From an uncultured delta proteobacterium (lineage in GTDB: Bacteria; Myxococcota; Kuafuiibacteriia; Kuafuiibacteriales; Kuafuiibacteriaceae): DNA of 64,000 bases. The stretch spans positions 320,001 to 384,000 of the forward strand of contig CAWDML010000005.1 in NCBI GenBank assembly GCA_963803435.1, written 5' to 3'. The notes beneath the pieces are model-generated. The model was not told where the DNA came from. It was given only the letters and a program-made list of their open reading frames with translations, and did not search any database. The translations under genes and the position numbers were made by a program. This document shows, piece by piece, positions 55,128 through 64,000 of the stretch (positions are counted from its first letter, which is position 1; each line of letters starts with the position of its first letter).

Positions 55128-56134
55128 GGTCGGCGGCCGCCGGCGCCGCGATCCTCGCGCTCTCCCTCCTGGCCGCGGCCTGTCCCGAGACGCCGCGGGG
55201 CCCGCGGCCGGTGCCGCCTCCGGCCGCGACCCAGACCGCCACCACCTGCGACTTCGACGCGCTTGCGCGGGAGGAGGCGACGCTGGACAGCGCGCCGGGC
55301 GTTCGGGTCCTGGTGGTCCGCGTGGCCGCGCCCGGCGCCCGCCGCGGCGCGGCGCTCTTCACGCACGGCGCCGGTTCGCAAGGCTCTGCGCTCTGGGACC
55401 TCCGAACGAAGGACTACTCCTTCATGCGCAAGCTGGCTTGCAACGGATTCGACGCCTACTCCGTCGACGTCCGTGGCTTCGGCGGCTCCACCAAGCCGCC
55501 GGCCCTCGGGGCACCGGCCGCCGATAACCCGCCCGTCGTGCGGGCCCGCGAGGTCATGCCCGACGTGGATGCGGCGATCCGGTTCGCCGCCGAGCGATCG
55601 CACGTGAAGCGGGTGGATCTGATCGGGTGGTCGTGGGGCACCGACGTGGCCGCGATGTACGCCGGCCTTCACCCGGACGCCGTGGAGAAGCTGGTCCTGT
55701 TCGCGCCCGTCTATGATCGCCGCTGGCCCACCCGCCACCAGACGACCAACGCTTGGTACCCGGTGAAGAGGGAGACGTTCTTCGAGTACTTCGATCCCGC
55801 CAAGGAGGATCGGGCCGTCCTCGAGGAGTTCGTGAAGGCGCTGTTCCGCTTCACGCCCGGCGACGAGCTCCGCCTCCCGAACGGTCCGTACGCCGATCTC
55901 TACGGCGACGACGCCCCCGGCTGGGACGCTGCCCTGGTGAGAGCTCCGGTGCTGGTGGTCCGCGGCGACCAGGATCGCGCCTCTCTCGATCCGAACGCCC
56001 AGAAGCTCTTCACCGATCTGGTGAACGCACCGATCCGCCGCTACGTCGTCCTCGGCGGCGCCGATCACTTCGCGTTCCGCACCTTCCACTACCGCGAGCT
56101 GCAGGCGGTCGTGCTCGGCTTTCTGCTCGAGTGA
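55124..56134 (+). CDS. Alpha/beta hydrolase lipoprotein
   Basis: Lipobox LAAAC; HG, DVRGFGGS, GWSWG nucleophile elbow, GADH. Confidence 0.88.
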   Translation: MRSAAAGAAILALSLLAAACPETPRGPRPVPPPAATQTATTCDFDALAREEATLDSAPGVRVLVVRVAAPGARRGAALFTHGAGSQGSALWDLRTKDYSFMRKLACNGFDAYSVDVRGFGGSTKPPALGAPAADNPPVVRAREVMPDVDAAIRFAAERSHVKRVDLIGWSWGTDVAAMYAGLHPDAVEKLVLFAPVYDRRWPTRHQTTNAWYPVKRETFFEYFDPAKEDRAVLEEFVKALFRFTPGDELRLPNGPYADLYGDDAPGWDAALVRAPVLVVRGDQDRASLDPNAQKLFTDLVNAPIRRYVVLGGADHFAFRTFHYRELQAVVLGFLLE

Positions 56135-56138
56135 TCGA

Positions 56139-57083
56139 TCAAAGACCGAACTGCAGGATGTCCTGCACGACCGGGCGAACCATCGTGTCGAAGCGGATCG
56201 GGATCCCTTCGAAGTCGTCGAACATGTAATTGAACCGCTCGAACCGATGCGTCGAGCGCGAGTAGTCGTAGTCCGGGGACACGACGCCGAGCTCCTCGAT
56301 CCCGAGGTACGCCTCGGGCGTCTCCCGCTTGCTGCCGCCCAGCACGCGCAGCGCGCCGGCCACGCCGACCACGCGTCGGAACTTGTCGAAGAGCGCGCGC
56401 TGGCTCGGGTAGCTCTCGAACACCCGCCGCTTCACGTCGCTTTCCCGCGCCTCGAGCTGGAGACGGCGGCGGTCGCCGTCGAACCACGGCTTGAATCGGA
56501 GCGCGACCGCGATCGTGTACTCGTACGCAGGGCACTGCACGATCGGGATGGGCCGCCCAGTCTCCTTCCGGAGATCGCGCACGACGCGCGCCGCCATCAC
56601 GTGCGTGAGGTCGTGCTCCGGATGCCCACCCTGATACGCGAGCAGGAACACCCGATCCGGATCCGCGTCCCTGATCGCCTCCTCCACCCGGAAGGCCTCG
56701 CCGCGGAAGTACTCGAGGGCCGCCTCGCGGATCGCACCACTCTGAGCCACCTGGGTGAGCCGCCGGTAATTCTCGATCTCGGAGGCGGCCAGATCGATCT
56801 TGTCCTCGCGCGACCCCCCGAGCGCGATCACCGCGTCCTCGGCCTCACGCATCCGCATGGTCGCATAGGCCTGCGGATCCGTGCCTGCGGCCGGCGCCAG
56901 CCCGTCCCCGTTGGTCCACCACACGAACGTTCCGCGCGTGCCCGAGCCGATGATCCGATGGATGATCCCCGCCAGCACCGACTCGTCGTCCTGGTGGGCG
57001 AAGATGAAGAGCGGGCGTCCGTCGGCGCGGACGAGCCAATCGGTCGATACGTCCTCGGGTCGAGCGGACCTCGGATCCTCCAT
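56139..57083 (-). CDS. PIG-L/LmbE-family deacetylase
   Basis: AHQDDE, TNGD, R..EA, GGHPEH and YPSQ motifs. Confidence 0.85.
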   Translation of the reverse strand: MEDPRSARPEDVSTDWLVRADGRPLFIFAHQDDESVLAGIIHRIIGSGTRGTFVWWTNGDGLAPAAGTDPQAYATMRMREAEDAVIALGGSREDKIDLAASEIENYRRLTQVAQSGAIREAALEYFRGEAFRVEEAIRDADPDRVFLLAYQGGHPEHDLTHVMAARVVRDLRKETGRPIPIVQCPAYEYTIAVALRFKPWFDGDRRRLQLEARESDVKRRVFESYPSQRALFDKFRRVVGVAGALRVLGGSKRETPEAYLGIEELGVVSPDYDYSRSTHRFERFNYMFDDFEGIPIRFDTMVRPVVQDILQFGL

Positions 57084-57140
57084 GCGCGGGCCGCAGCTTC
57101 CCACTTCCGAGATCGTGTTGCACCCCGTATGCTTTTTCGA

Positions 57141-57800
57141 ATGTCGCGGCTCCTCCTCCTCGCTCTGGTCCTCTCGGCGGTGCCCGCTCGCGCGCAGCAG
57201 TGGGAAGAGGTCGGGACCGAAGACGGGGTCACTGTCTGGCAACGCGAGATCCCGGGCTCGTCCCTGGTGGAGTTCCGCGGCCGGGGGATCGTGGAGGCGA
57301 GCTTCAAGAAGATCCTCGCCATCTTCCACGACGACAAGCGCAAGACGGAGTGGATGAACGGTTGCGTCGCCAACAAGCGGCTTCGCATCCTCGGCCCCGG
57401 CCGGAACATCTTCTACAACCGAACCGGCTCCAAGTTCCCGTTGGTCTCCGACCGTGACGTGGTCATGGAGAGCGCCACCGACGTCTGGCGCGAGAAGCGG
57501 CGGATCCGCATCGACGCCTGGAGCGTCGAGGACCCCACCATGCCGCCGGTGGACGGCGTCGTGCGGATGCCGGACTTGCGCGCGAGCTGGATCCTCACGA
57601 TCCTCGACGATCACCAGACCGAGGTCGACTACACGGTGCGCGCCGATCCTGGAGGCTCGCTCCCCGCGTTCGTGGTCAACTGGGCCGCCCAGAGTATCCC
57701 CCGCAAGACCATCCTCAACCTCCGGGCTCAGGCGACAAAGGATGGCTACGACAAAGATATCGGGTACGTGGAAGCCGCGTTCGACTGGAAGGGGTTCTAG
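57141..57800 (+). CDS. Secreted START-domain lipid-binding protein
   Basis: Signal peptide; W..DGVTVW, FPLVSDRDVV, DPGGSLPAFVVN. Confidence 0.85.
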   Translation: MSRLLLLALVLSAVPARAQQWEEVGTEDGVTVWQREIPGSSLVEFRGRGIVEASFKKILAIFHDDKRKTEWMNGCVANKRLRILGPGRNIFYNRTGSKFPLVSDRDVVMESATDVWREKRRIRIDAWSVEDPTMPPVDGVVRMPDLRASWILTILDDHQTEVDYTVRADPGGSLPAFVVNWAAQSIPRKTILNLRAQATKDGYDKDIGYVEAAFDWKGF

Positions 57801-57840
57801 TTTCCCGGAACGTCGCGCGCGCCTAAGCTGTTCTAGAGCC

Positions 57841-58551
57841 GTGGAGCAGCGCACCTCAGACCACCGGTGGGCGATCGTGATCATCGCTACCCTCGCGGTC
57901 GTCATCTGGCAGCTGCCCTACGGGCGCTTGATCCTCTACCCGCTCTCGATCCTCGCCACGTACGCCCACGAGATGGGCCACGGTTTGACCGCCGTGCTCA
58001 TGGGCGCCAGCTTCGACAACCTGCAGATGTTCGCCGACGGCTCGGGCTTCGCTCGGTGGCACGGGGACGTGGGCCGGATCGCGAGCGGCCTCATCGCCGC
58101 CGGCGGTCTCGTCGGTCCCTCGATCGCGGGCGCAACGCTCCTTGCCTTCACCCGGAAGCCGCGGATCGCCCGCCATCTCCTCCTGGCCGTGGGCGCGGCC
58201 ATGCTGCTCTCGGTCGTGCTGGTGGTGCGCAACCTCTTCGGCCTGGTGTTCGTCGGCGGTCTGGGCGCGCTCTTCGTGGTGCTGGCCCGCGCCGGTCGCG
58301 GGCGCTTCGCGGCCTTCACGCTGCAGCTGGTCGGCGTGAGCCTGTGCCTCGCGATCTTCAAAGACGTCGAGTACATGTTCAGCGAGGGCGGCCTGGTCGG
58401 CGGTGTCCAGCGGATGAGCGACTCCGCCGCGATCGCCGACGCGCTGTTCCTTCCCTACTGGTTCTGGGGTGGGCTCACGGCGCTGTTCTCGTTCGCGGTG
58501 CTCGCGCTCGGAATCTATCTTGCCTTCAGGAACCATCCGAAAGAGAAGTAA
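57841..58551 (+). CDS. Peptidase M50B-like membrane protein
   Basis: HEMGH zinc motif, AAGGLVGP, SD; multi-TM. Confidence 0.85.
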   Translation: MEQRTSDHRWAIVIIATLAVVIWQLPYGRLILYPLSILATYAHEMGHGLTAVLMGASFDNLQMFADGSGFARWHGDVGRIASGLIAAGGLVGPSIAGATLLAFTRKPRIARHLLLAVGAAMLLSVVLVVRNLFGLVFVGGLGALFVVLARAGRGRFAAFTLQLVGVSLCLAIFKDVEYMFSEGGLVGGVQRMSDSAAIADALFLPYWFWGGLTALFSFAVLALGIYLAFRNHPKEK

Positions 58552-58553
58552 CC

Positions 58554-59249
58554 ATGGCGATTTCTCGAACCCGTGACGATGGCTGGTCCGTCGCTCAGTC
58601 GACGCAGGTGGACCGCGTCGAGTTCATCCACAAGACCTATCAACACCTGGCGCTGGCGATCGCCGCGTTCGTCGGCGTCGAGACGACCCTCCTCCACATC
58701 CCGGGGATCGAGAACCTCGCGTTCGGCATGTTGCAGGCCTGGTTCCTCGTGCTCGGCGCGTTCATGCTGGTGTCGTTCATCGCCGAGAAGTGGGCGCGAT
58801 CCGCGGTCTCGCTCGGCAAGCAGTATGCCGGCCTCGGGCTCTACGTGGTCGCGGAGGCGGTCATCTTCGTTCCGCTTCTTTACATTGCGAAGCTCTATGA
58901 CCCGGGCGCCATCGTGAAGGCGGGCGTCGCCACCGGGATCGTGTTCGCAGGGTTGAGCGCGGTGGTGCTGGTGTCGAGGAAGGACTTCTCCTTCCTGCGG
59001 TTCGCGATCTGGGCCGGCAGCTTCGGCGCCCTCGCCCTGATCGTGGTCGCCATGCTGTTCGGGCTCTCGTTGGGCACCTGGTTCGCAGTCGGAATGGTGG
59101 TTCTGGCGAGCGGCGCAGTCCTCTATCACACCTCCAACGTCCTGCATCACTACCGTCCCGGGCAGCATGTCGCTGCCGCCCTTGCCTTGTTCTCGAGCGT
59201 CGCCTTGATGCTGTGGTACATGATTCAGCTCTTGACCTCCCGCCGATAA
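58554..59249 (+). CDS. Bax inhibitor-1/YccA family membrane protein
   Basis: FIHKTYQHL, RKDFSFL, LYHTSNV, AAALALF; ~7 TM. Confidence 0.88.
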   Translation: MAISRTRDDGWSVAQSTQVDRVEFIHKTYQHLALAIAAFVGVETTLLHIPGIENLAFGMLQAWFLVLGAFMLVSFIAEKWARSAVSLGKQYAGLGLYVVAEAVIFVPLLYIAKLYDPGAIVKAGVATGIVFAGLSAVVLVSRKDFSFLRFAIWAGSFGALALIVVAMLFGLSLGTWFAVGMVVLASGAVLYHTSNVLHHYRPGQHVAAALALFSSVALMLWYMIQLLTSRR

Positions 59250-59344
59250 GTAGGACGTAGGAGCACCCCCAACCACCGGAACCACCCTCGCACCTCAGGG
59301 GCTCTGACATGGGGCGTGGGCGGTGCTAAGGTCCGAAAAACGTT

Positions 59345-61726
59345 GTGTCGACGGTCCGGCTCGGTGACCACGAGCTGCTCATCCGCCTCGCATCCGGCGG
59401 CGCAGCCAACGTGTTCTTGGTGCGCGACCTGAAGGCCCCGCCTCCAGGACGTCTCCTCGCGCTCAAGATTCTCCTCCCTTCGCTCGCATCCAACGAGGAC
59501 TTCCTCAAGATGTTCTTCGCCGAGGCGAAGCTGGCGGCGCGCCTCGTCCACCGCAACATCGTCACCATCGCCGGGTTCGGGCAGGTCGACGGCATCCACT
59601 GCCTGGCGATGGAATACGTGTTCGGCGCCAGCCTCGCCCAGGTGCTCCGGGCCTCCGCCCGCGCCAAGAAGCCGCTCACGGTGGGCGTCCTCCTCCGCAT
59701 CACCGCCGACGTCTGCGACGCGCTCCACTACGCGCACGAGCTCACGGACGAGAGCGATCAGCCGATGGGCGTGGTCCACCGCGACGTCACGCCCCAGAAC
59801 ATCCTGATCGGTTTCAATGGCGTCCCCAAGCTCACCGACTTCGGGATCGCCAAGGCCACCAACCGCGGCTGGGAGACGCAGGCCGGCATCGTCAAGGGCA
59901 AGTTCTCGTACATGTCGCCCGAGCAGGCGCTCGGCAAGCGCGTCGATCGCCGCTCGGACATCTTCGGCGCCGGCATCGTGCTGTGGGAGGCGCTAACCGG
60001 GCGAGATCTCTTCAAGGGTACCACGCCGATGGAGGTGCTGACGGCGATCCGCGAGCAGAAGATCGAGCCGCCCAGCCGGGTCGTCGAAGGGCTGACACCG
60101 ATCGTCGATCCGATCGTGATGAAGGCGCTGCGCCGGTCGCCCAAGCAGCGCTATCAGAGCGCCGCCGAGATGCGCGACGACATCGAGGATCTGATCCGCC
60201 GCGCCGGCGTCGAGATCGACTCGCAGACGATCTCGCGCGAGTTCGCCGCGATCTACGGCGACGAGATCGTCGAGCGCGCCTTTGCGCTCCGCGCGGCCAT
60301 GGCCGGCAAGCCGGACCTGGAGAACCTGGCCCGCGTGCTCGGTGGCGCGCTGCTCAATCCGAAGCATCTGCCGGCCATGATCCCCGGCGGTCCCACCGAT
60401 CCCGATCCGCTGGGGCTGTTCGCCGAGGAGATCCCGGCCTTCCTGTCGATCCGCGACAGCAGCCCGCGCAACGGATCGATGCCGGCGCGAAGCGAGTTCA
60501 CGGGCAGCGCGCTGCCGGCCGACGACTTCGACATCGAGGTCGAGGAGGAGGAGGAGCTCTCCCACCAGGAGATCGCGCGGCTCGAGCCGGAGCACGCCGA
60601 TCCGATCGACATGGAGACTGCGCCTCGACTCCCCGGCGAACGGGCGCTGTCCGGATGGGATGACAGCACCGGAATGGTCGTCCCCGACGACGAGCTCCTC
60701 TCGATGCTCTCGGAGGAAGACGCGACGATCGGCTACCTCCCACCGCAGTTCGCCGATCGCTTCGGGGCCGCGCTCAAGAAGGCGCTCGAGGAGGACGAGG
60801 AGGCCAACTTCGACGACGAGGCGACCGTCGGCATCAGCGACAATCACCTCAAACGGCTGAGGGCGCTCAACCGCGCGCCGGCCTACCAGCGGTGGGACGA
60901 CGATCCGGCCCCTCCGTTCCTGGCCACGCGCTCGCTGCGCCCCATCCCGAGAGCGCCCTCCCTCGACATGGAGCGCGGCTACGACACCCGCGAGCGGCCG
61001 GTCCCGCGCGCGCCTTCGCTCGACATGGACGGCATGACCCCGGTGCCCGACGTCGAGGAGGCGCGCCCGCCACCGGCGCCGCCGCCGCCGCCGCCGCGCC
61101 GGCTCTCGAACCAAATCGAGGAGGACACCGGGCCCGAGCTGCCTCCGTTCCAGCCAATCCCCAATCTCAAGCCCCTCTTGCCGCACGAGGACGAGCCGCT
61201 CGAGCCGTCGATGCCGGGAGAGTCGGTGCTGTTCCTCGAGCCGGAGGAGCACCCGCCGATGGCGACCATCGGCGGTGTCGCAGTCGACGGATCGGATAAG
61301 TATCTCCTCGCGCTCGACGAGCTCGGCGCTGACGAGCTGCAGGCCGGCAGTAACGGGATGGACGGTCCGCTCGGCGCCAACCTGGACAACTCGGTCCTGC
61401 TCGAGCCGTCGAACCCGCTCTCGCCCGACGACCTTCGCGCGCTCGCAAGCGAGATCTCAGACCGCGGGAAGACACCTCCGCCGTTGATCCTCCCGCCGCC
61501 TCAGCTCTCCGTGCCGGGGATGCACACGCCCGCGCCGCCCCGCGCCGCCGGCTCCATGCCGAGTGGATCGCACCCCTCTGCGCTGGGCGGTCCGGATCCG
61601 TTCGGGCCCGGCTCGATCCCGCCGCCGCAGCGGGGGATCCGTCTCACGCCCCTGACGCTGGGCATCCTGATCCTGGGGCTGCTGGCGCTCGGGCTGGGGC
61701 TCGGCATTCTCCTGGCGGCGAAGTGA
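59345..61726 (+). CDS. Ser/Thr protein kinase with long acidic/Pro-rich tail and C-terminal TM
   Basis: SGGAANVF, HRDVTPQN, DFG, GKFSYMSPE. Confidence 0.92.
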   Translation: MSTVRLGDHELLIRLASGGAANVFLVRDLKAPPPGRLLALKILLPSLASNEDFLKMFFAEAKLAARLVHRNIVTIAGFGQVDGIHCLAMEYVFGASLAQVLRASARAKKPLTVGVLLRITADVCDALHYAHELTDESDQPMGVVHRDVTPQNILIGFNGVPKLTDFGIAKATNRGWETQAGIVKGKFSYMSPEQALGKRVDRRSDIFGAGIVLWEALTGRDLFKGTTPMEVLTAIREQKIEPPSRVVEGLTPIVDPIVMKALRRSPKQRYQSAAEMRDDIEDLIRRAGVEIDSQTISREFAAIYGDEIVERAFALRAAMAGKPDLENLARVLGGALLNPKHLPAMIPGGPTDPDPLGLFAEEIPAFLSIRDSSPRNGSMPARSEFTGSALPADDFDIEVEEEEELSHQEIARLEPEHADPIDMETAPRLPGERALSGWDDSTGMVVPDDELLSMLSEEDATIGYLPPQFADRFGAALKKALEEDEEANFDDEATVGISDNHLKRLRALNRAPAYQRWDDDPAPPFLATRSLRPIPRAPSLDMERGYDTRERPVPRAPSLDMDGMTPVPDVEEARPPPAPPPPPPRRLSNQIEEDTGPELPPFQPIPNLKPLLPHEDEPLEPSMPGESVLFLEPEEHPPMATIGGVAVDGSDKYLLALDELGADELQAGSNGMDGPLGANLDNSVLLEPSNPLSPDDLRALASEISDRGKTPPPLILPPPQLSVPGMHTPAPPRAAGSMPSGSHPSALGGPDPFGPGSIPPPQRGIRLTPLTLGILILGLLALGLGLGILLAAK

Positions 61727-61727
61727 C

Positions 61728-63649
61728 ATGAAGCGCATCGTCAAGACGGCTTGCAATCGGGACTGTCCGGATGCTTGCACGATCCGGGTGACCGTCGAAG
61801 ACGGTCGCGCGACTCAGCTCCGCGGCGACAAGGACGATCCGGTCACCGCCGGATTTCTCTGCGAGCGAACCCAGCGCTTCCTGACGCGCCAGTACCGGCC
61901 CGACCGCTTCACCTCGCCGATGCTACGCCGCGCGGGCGAGCTGGTACCAATCGGCTGGGACGAGGCGCTCGGGCTGGCGGCCGATCGTTTGTCCTCCGCG
62001 AAACGTGAGGATGGTCCCGCCTCGATCCTCCACTACCGATCCGGCGGCTCGCTCGGGATCCTCAAGCTGGTCTCCGAGGTGCTGTTCAACGCCCTCGGTC
62101 CAGTGACGGTGAAGCGGGGTGACATCTGCTCCGGCGCCGGCGAGGCGGCGCAGGAGGCGGACTTCGGGATCAGCGAGAGCCACGATCTGTTCGATCTGCT
62201 GCAGAGCCGGCTGATCGTCCTCTGGGGCAAGAATCCGCACACCTCGGGCGTCCATCTCCTCCCGGTCCTCAAGGCGGCGAAGGCGCGCGGCGCTCGGATC
62301 GTCGGGATCGATCCGGTGCGGACCCGGACGTCCTCCCTCTCGGACCTCTTCCTGACGCCGCGGCCCGGCTCGGACTTCGCGCTGGCGATGGCGGTGGCGC
62401 GCCGGCTCTTCGAGACGGGCGCGATCGATCCCGACGCCGGCGCGTACTGCGACCACCTGCCGGAGCTGGAGCGCCTCGCCTTCGCGGAGTCCATCGCCGG
62501 GTGGGCGGCCGCGGCGGATGTCCCGGAGGACGACCTGCTGGCCTTCGCCTCCCTCTACGCCGAGCACCGCCCTGCCGCGATCCTGGTGGGCTGGGGGCTG
62601 GGCCGGCGGAGAAACGGCGCGCGCACGGTCCGGGCGATCGACGCCCTCTGCGCGATCAGCGGCAACCTGGGCGTCTCCGGCGGCGGCGTCTCGTACTACT
62701 TCGGGCGACGCACCGCGTTCGAGCATGGCTTCGGGGCGAAGGCTCGACCGGCGCCGCGCACGCTCGCGGAGGCGACGCTCGGCCGCGAGATCCTGGAGGC
62801 GCGGATCCGACGATCCGCGTCGCGTGGATCACCGCCGGCAATCCCGTCTCGATGCTCCCTGACGCCGGGACCGTGCGACGCGCGCTCGAGCAGGTCGACT
62901 TCACGGTGGTGGTGGACACGCACCCGACCGACACCACGGACGTCGCCGACCTGGTGCTCCCGACGCTGACGCTGCTCGAGGACAGCGACCTCTTGGGCGC
63001 CTACGGCAACCACTGGCTGCGCGTGTCGGAGCCAGCGATCGCGCCGCCGGAGGGCGTCCGGCACGAGCTCGAGATCTGGCAGGATCTCGCCGAACGACTC
63101 GGGCTCGCTGACGTCTTGGCTGGTACGATCGACGCGTGGAAGCGCCGCGCGATGGCGCGGCTCGAGGGTGAAGGCATCACGCTCGAGCGGCTGCGCCAGG
63201 GCCCGGCCCGCAACCCGTTCGCCAAGCGGGTGCTGTTCGAGGATCGCCGCGTCCGCACGCCGAACGGCAAGGTCCAGCTCCTCGACGTGCCCGCCGGGCC
63301 GCCGCCTGCGCCCACTCCGCTCTATCCGATGACGCTGCTGGCCGTCTCGACGCCGAAGGCCCAGTCGTCGCAGTGGTCGATCCCGATCCCGGATGGCCCT
63401 CCGGAGGTCTACGTGCACTCGTGCGCCGCTGCGGGTCACGTGGACGGCGAGGAGGCGTGGCTCGAGAGCGAGCTCGGCAGAATGCGGGTCACCGTGCGGA
63501 TCGATGATGCTGCCCGGCCCGATCTGGCGCTCATGGAGAAGGGCGGCATGTTGCGCGATCGCCGGTGTGTGAACAGCCTGGTCCGCGCGGAAGAGACCGA
63601 CCTCGGTGGAGGCGCGGCCTACTACGATCAGCTCGTCCGGTTGGTCTAG
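61728..63649 (+). CDS. Molybdopterin-dependent oxidoreductase, apparent 1-nt deletion near 62801
   Basis: CNRDCPDAC..GFLC Fe-S motif, WGKNP, IDP, then AGNP..TDTTDVADLVLP and a molybdopterin-dinucleotide-binding tail in the second frame. Confidence 0.88.
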
Positions 63650-64000
63650 GAGCGTGTAGCGCGTAAGCGCTCACGCGACCCCGCTCCGGGTCCCGGTCCC
63701 GGTCCGGGTCCCGATCTGAAGAGGGCTGCCTTGAGTCAGACGCTCGCGACGGTCGCGAGCTTCGATCGGTACTCTTCCTGCGGGCGTAGACCGCCTTGCG
63801 GTCGCGCGTTTGCAACTTGTCTCGCATTCGCTTGCGAGCGAGCGAGGCAGGTGTGGGCTCCGAAGCTGATGAGGACGGAGTCGACGCGTCTTGGTTCTGT
63901 TCGCGTCCAACAGCGATGTGGGCATCGATCTGATTGTTGTCGCAGAATTCGATGTTGGTCGCGCTCAGATAGCCGTTGTCTGCCGTCATCTTCCGCGGAG
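63646..64000. mobile_element. Copy 3 of the element (transposase-side end; runs off the window)
   Basis: CTAG 63646-63649, IR 63650-63715, transposase fragment TADNGY..ARRKS on the - strand with a ~127-bp deletion at ~63770. Confidence 0.9.

Overview
This is a high-GC bacterial chromosome segment with a Myxococcota-like gene repertoire: five Hanks-type Ser/Thr kinases, two sigma-54 activators, PilZ/FHA/TPR proteins, Cys- and Gly-rich lipoproteins and a MYXO-CTERM surface protein. Recognisable housekeeping genes are dacB, nagZ, feoAB with a Fur box, an slt-like transglycosylase, mgtE, an RNB-family exoribonuclease, glnE, an ECF sigma/anti-sigma pair and a molybdopterin oxidoreductase. The most notable signal is a mobile element present three times in about 40 kb (24620-26577, 50426-50908, 63646-end). 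It pairs an IS1182-like transposase with a divergent four-helix-bundle (IVP/Avd-like) passenger gene. It is bounded by ~65-bp inverted repeats containing (GGGACC)n arrays and always sits in a CTAG that doubles as a host stop codon or candidate -10 box. Each copy has a different internal deletion. Also present are a 3'-truncated group II intron, a NagZ lacking its Asp-His catalytic loop, two small ORFs not resolved by the ORF track, widespread TANNNT motifs just upstream of start codons, and five frameshifts that are all repaired by GAWTC->GATC (probably sequencing errors at methylated GATC). All family assignments are motif recognition by eye; no database search was run. No tRNA, rRNA or CRISPR array was recognised.
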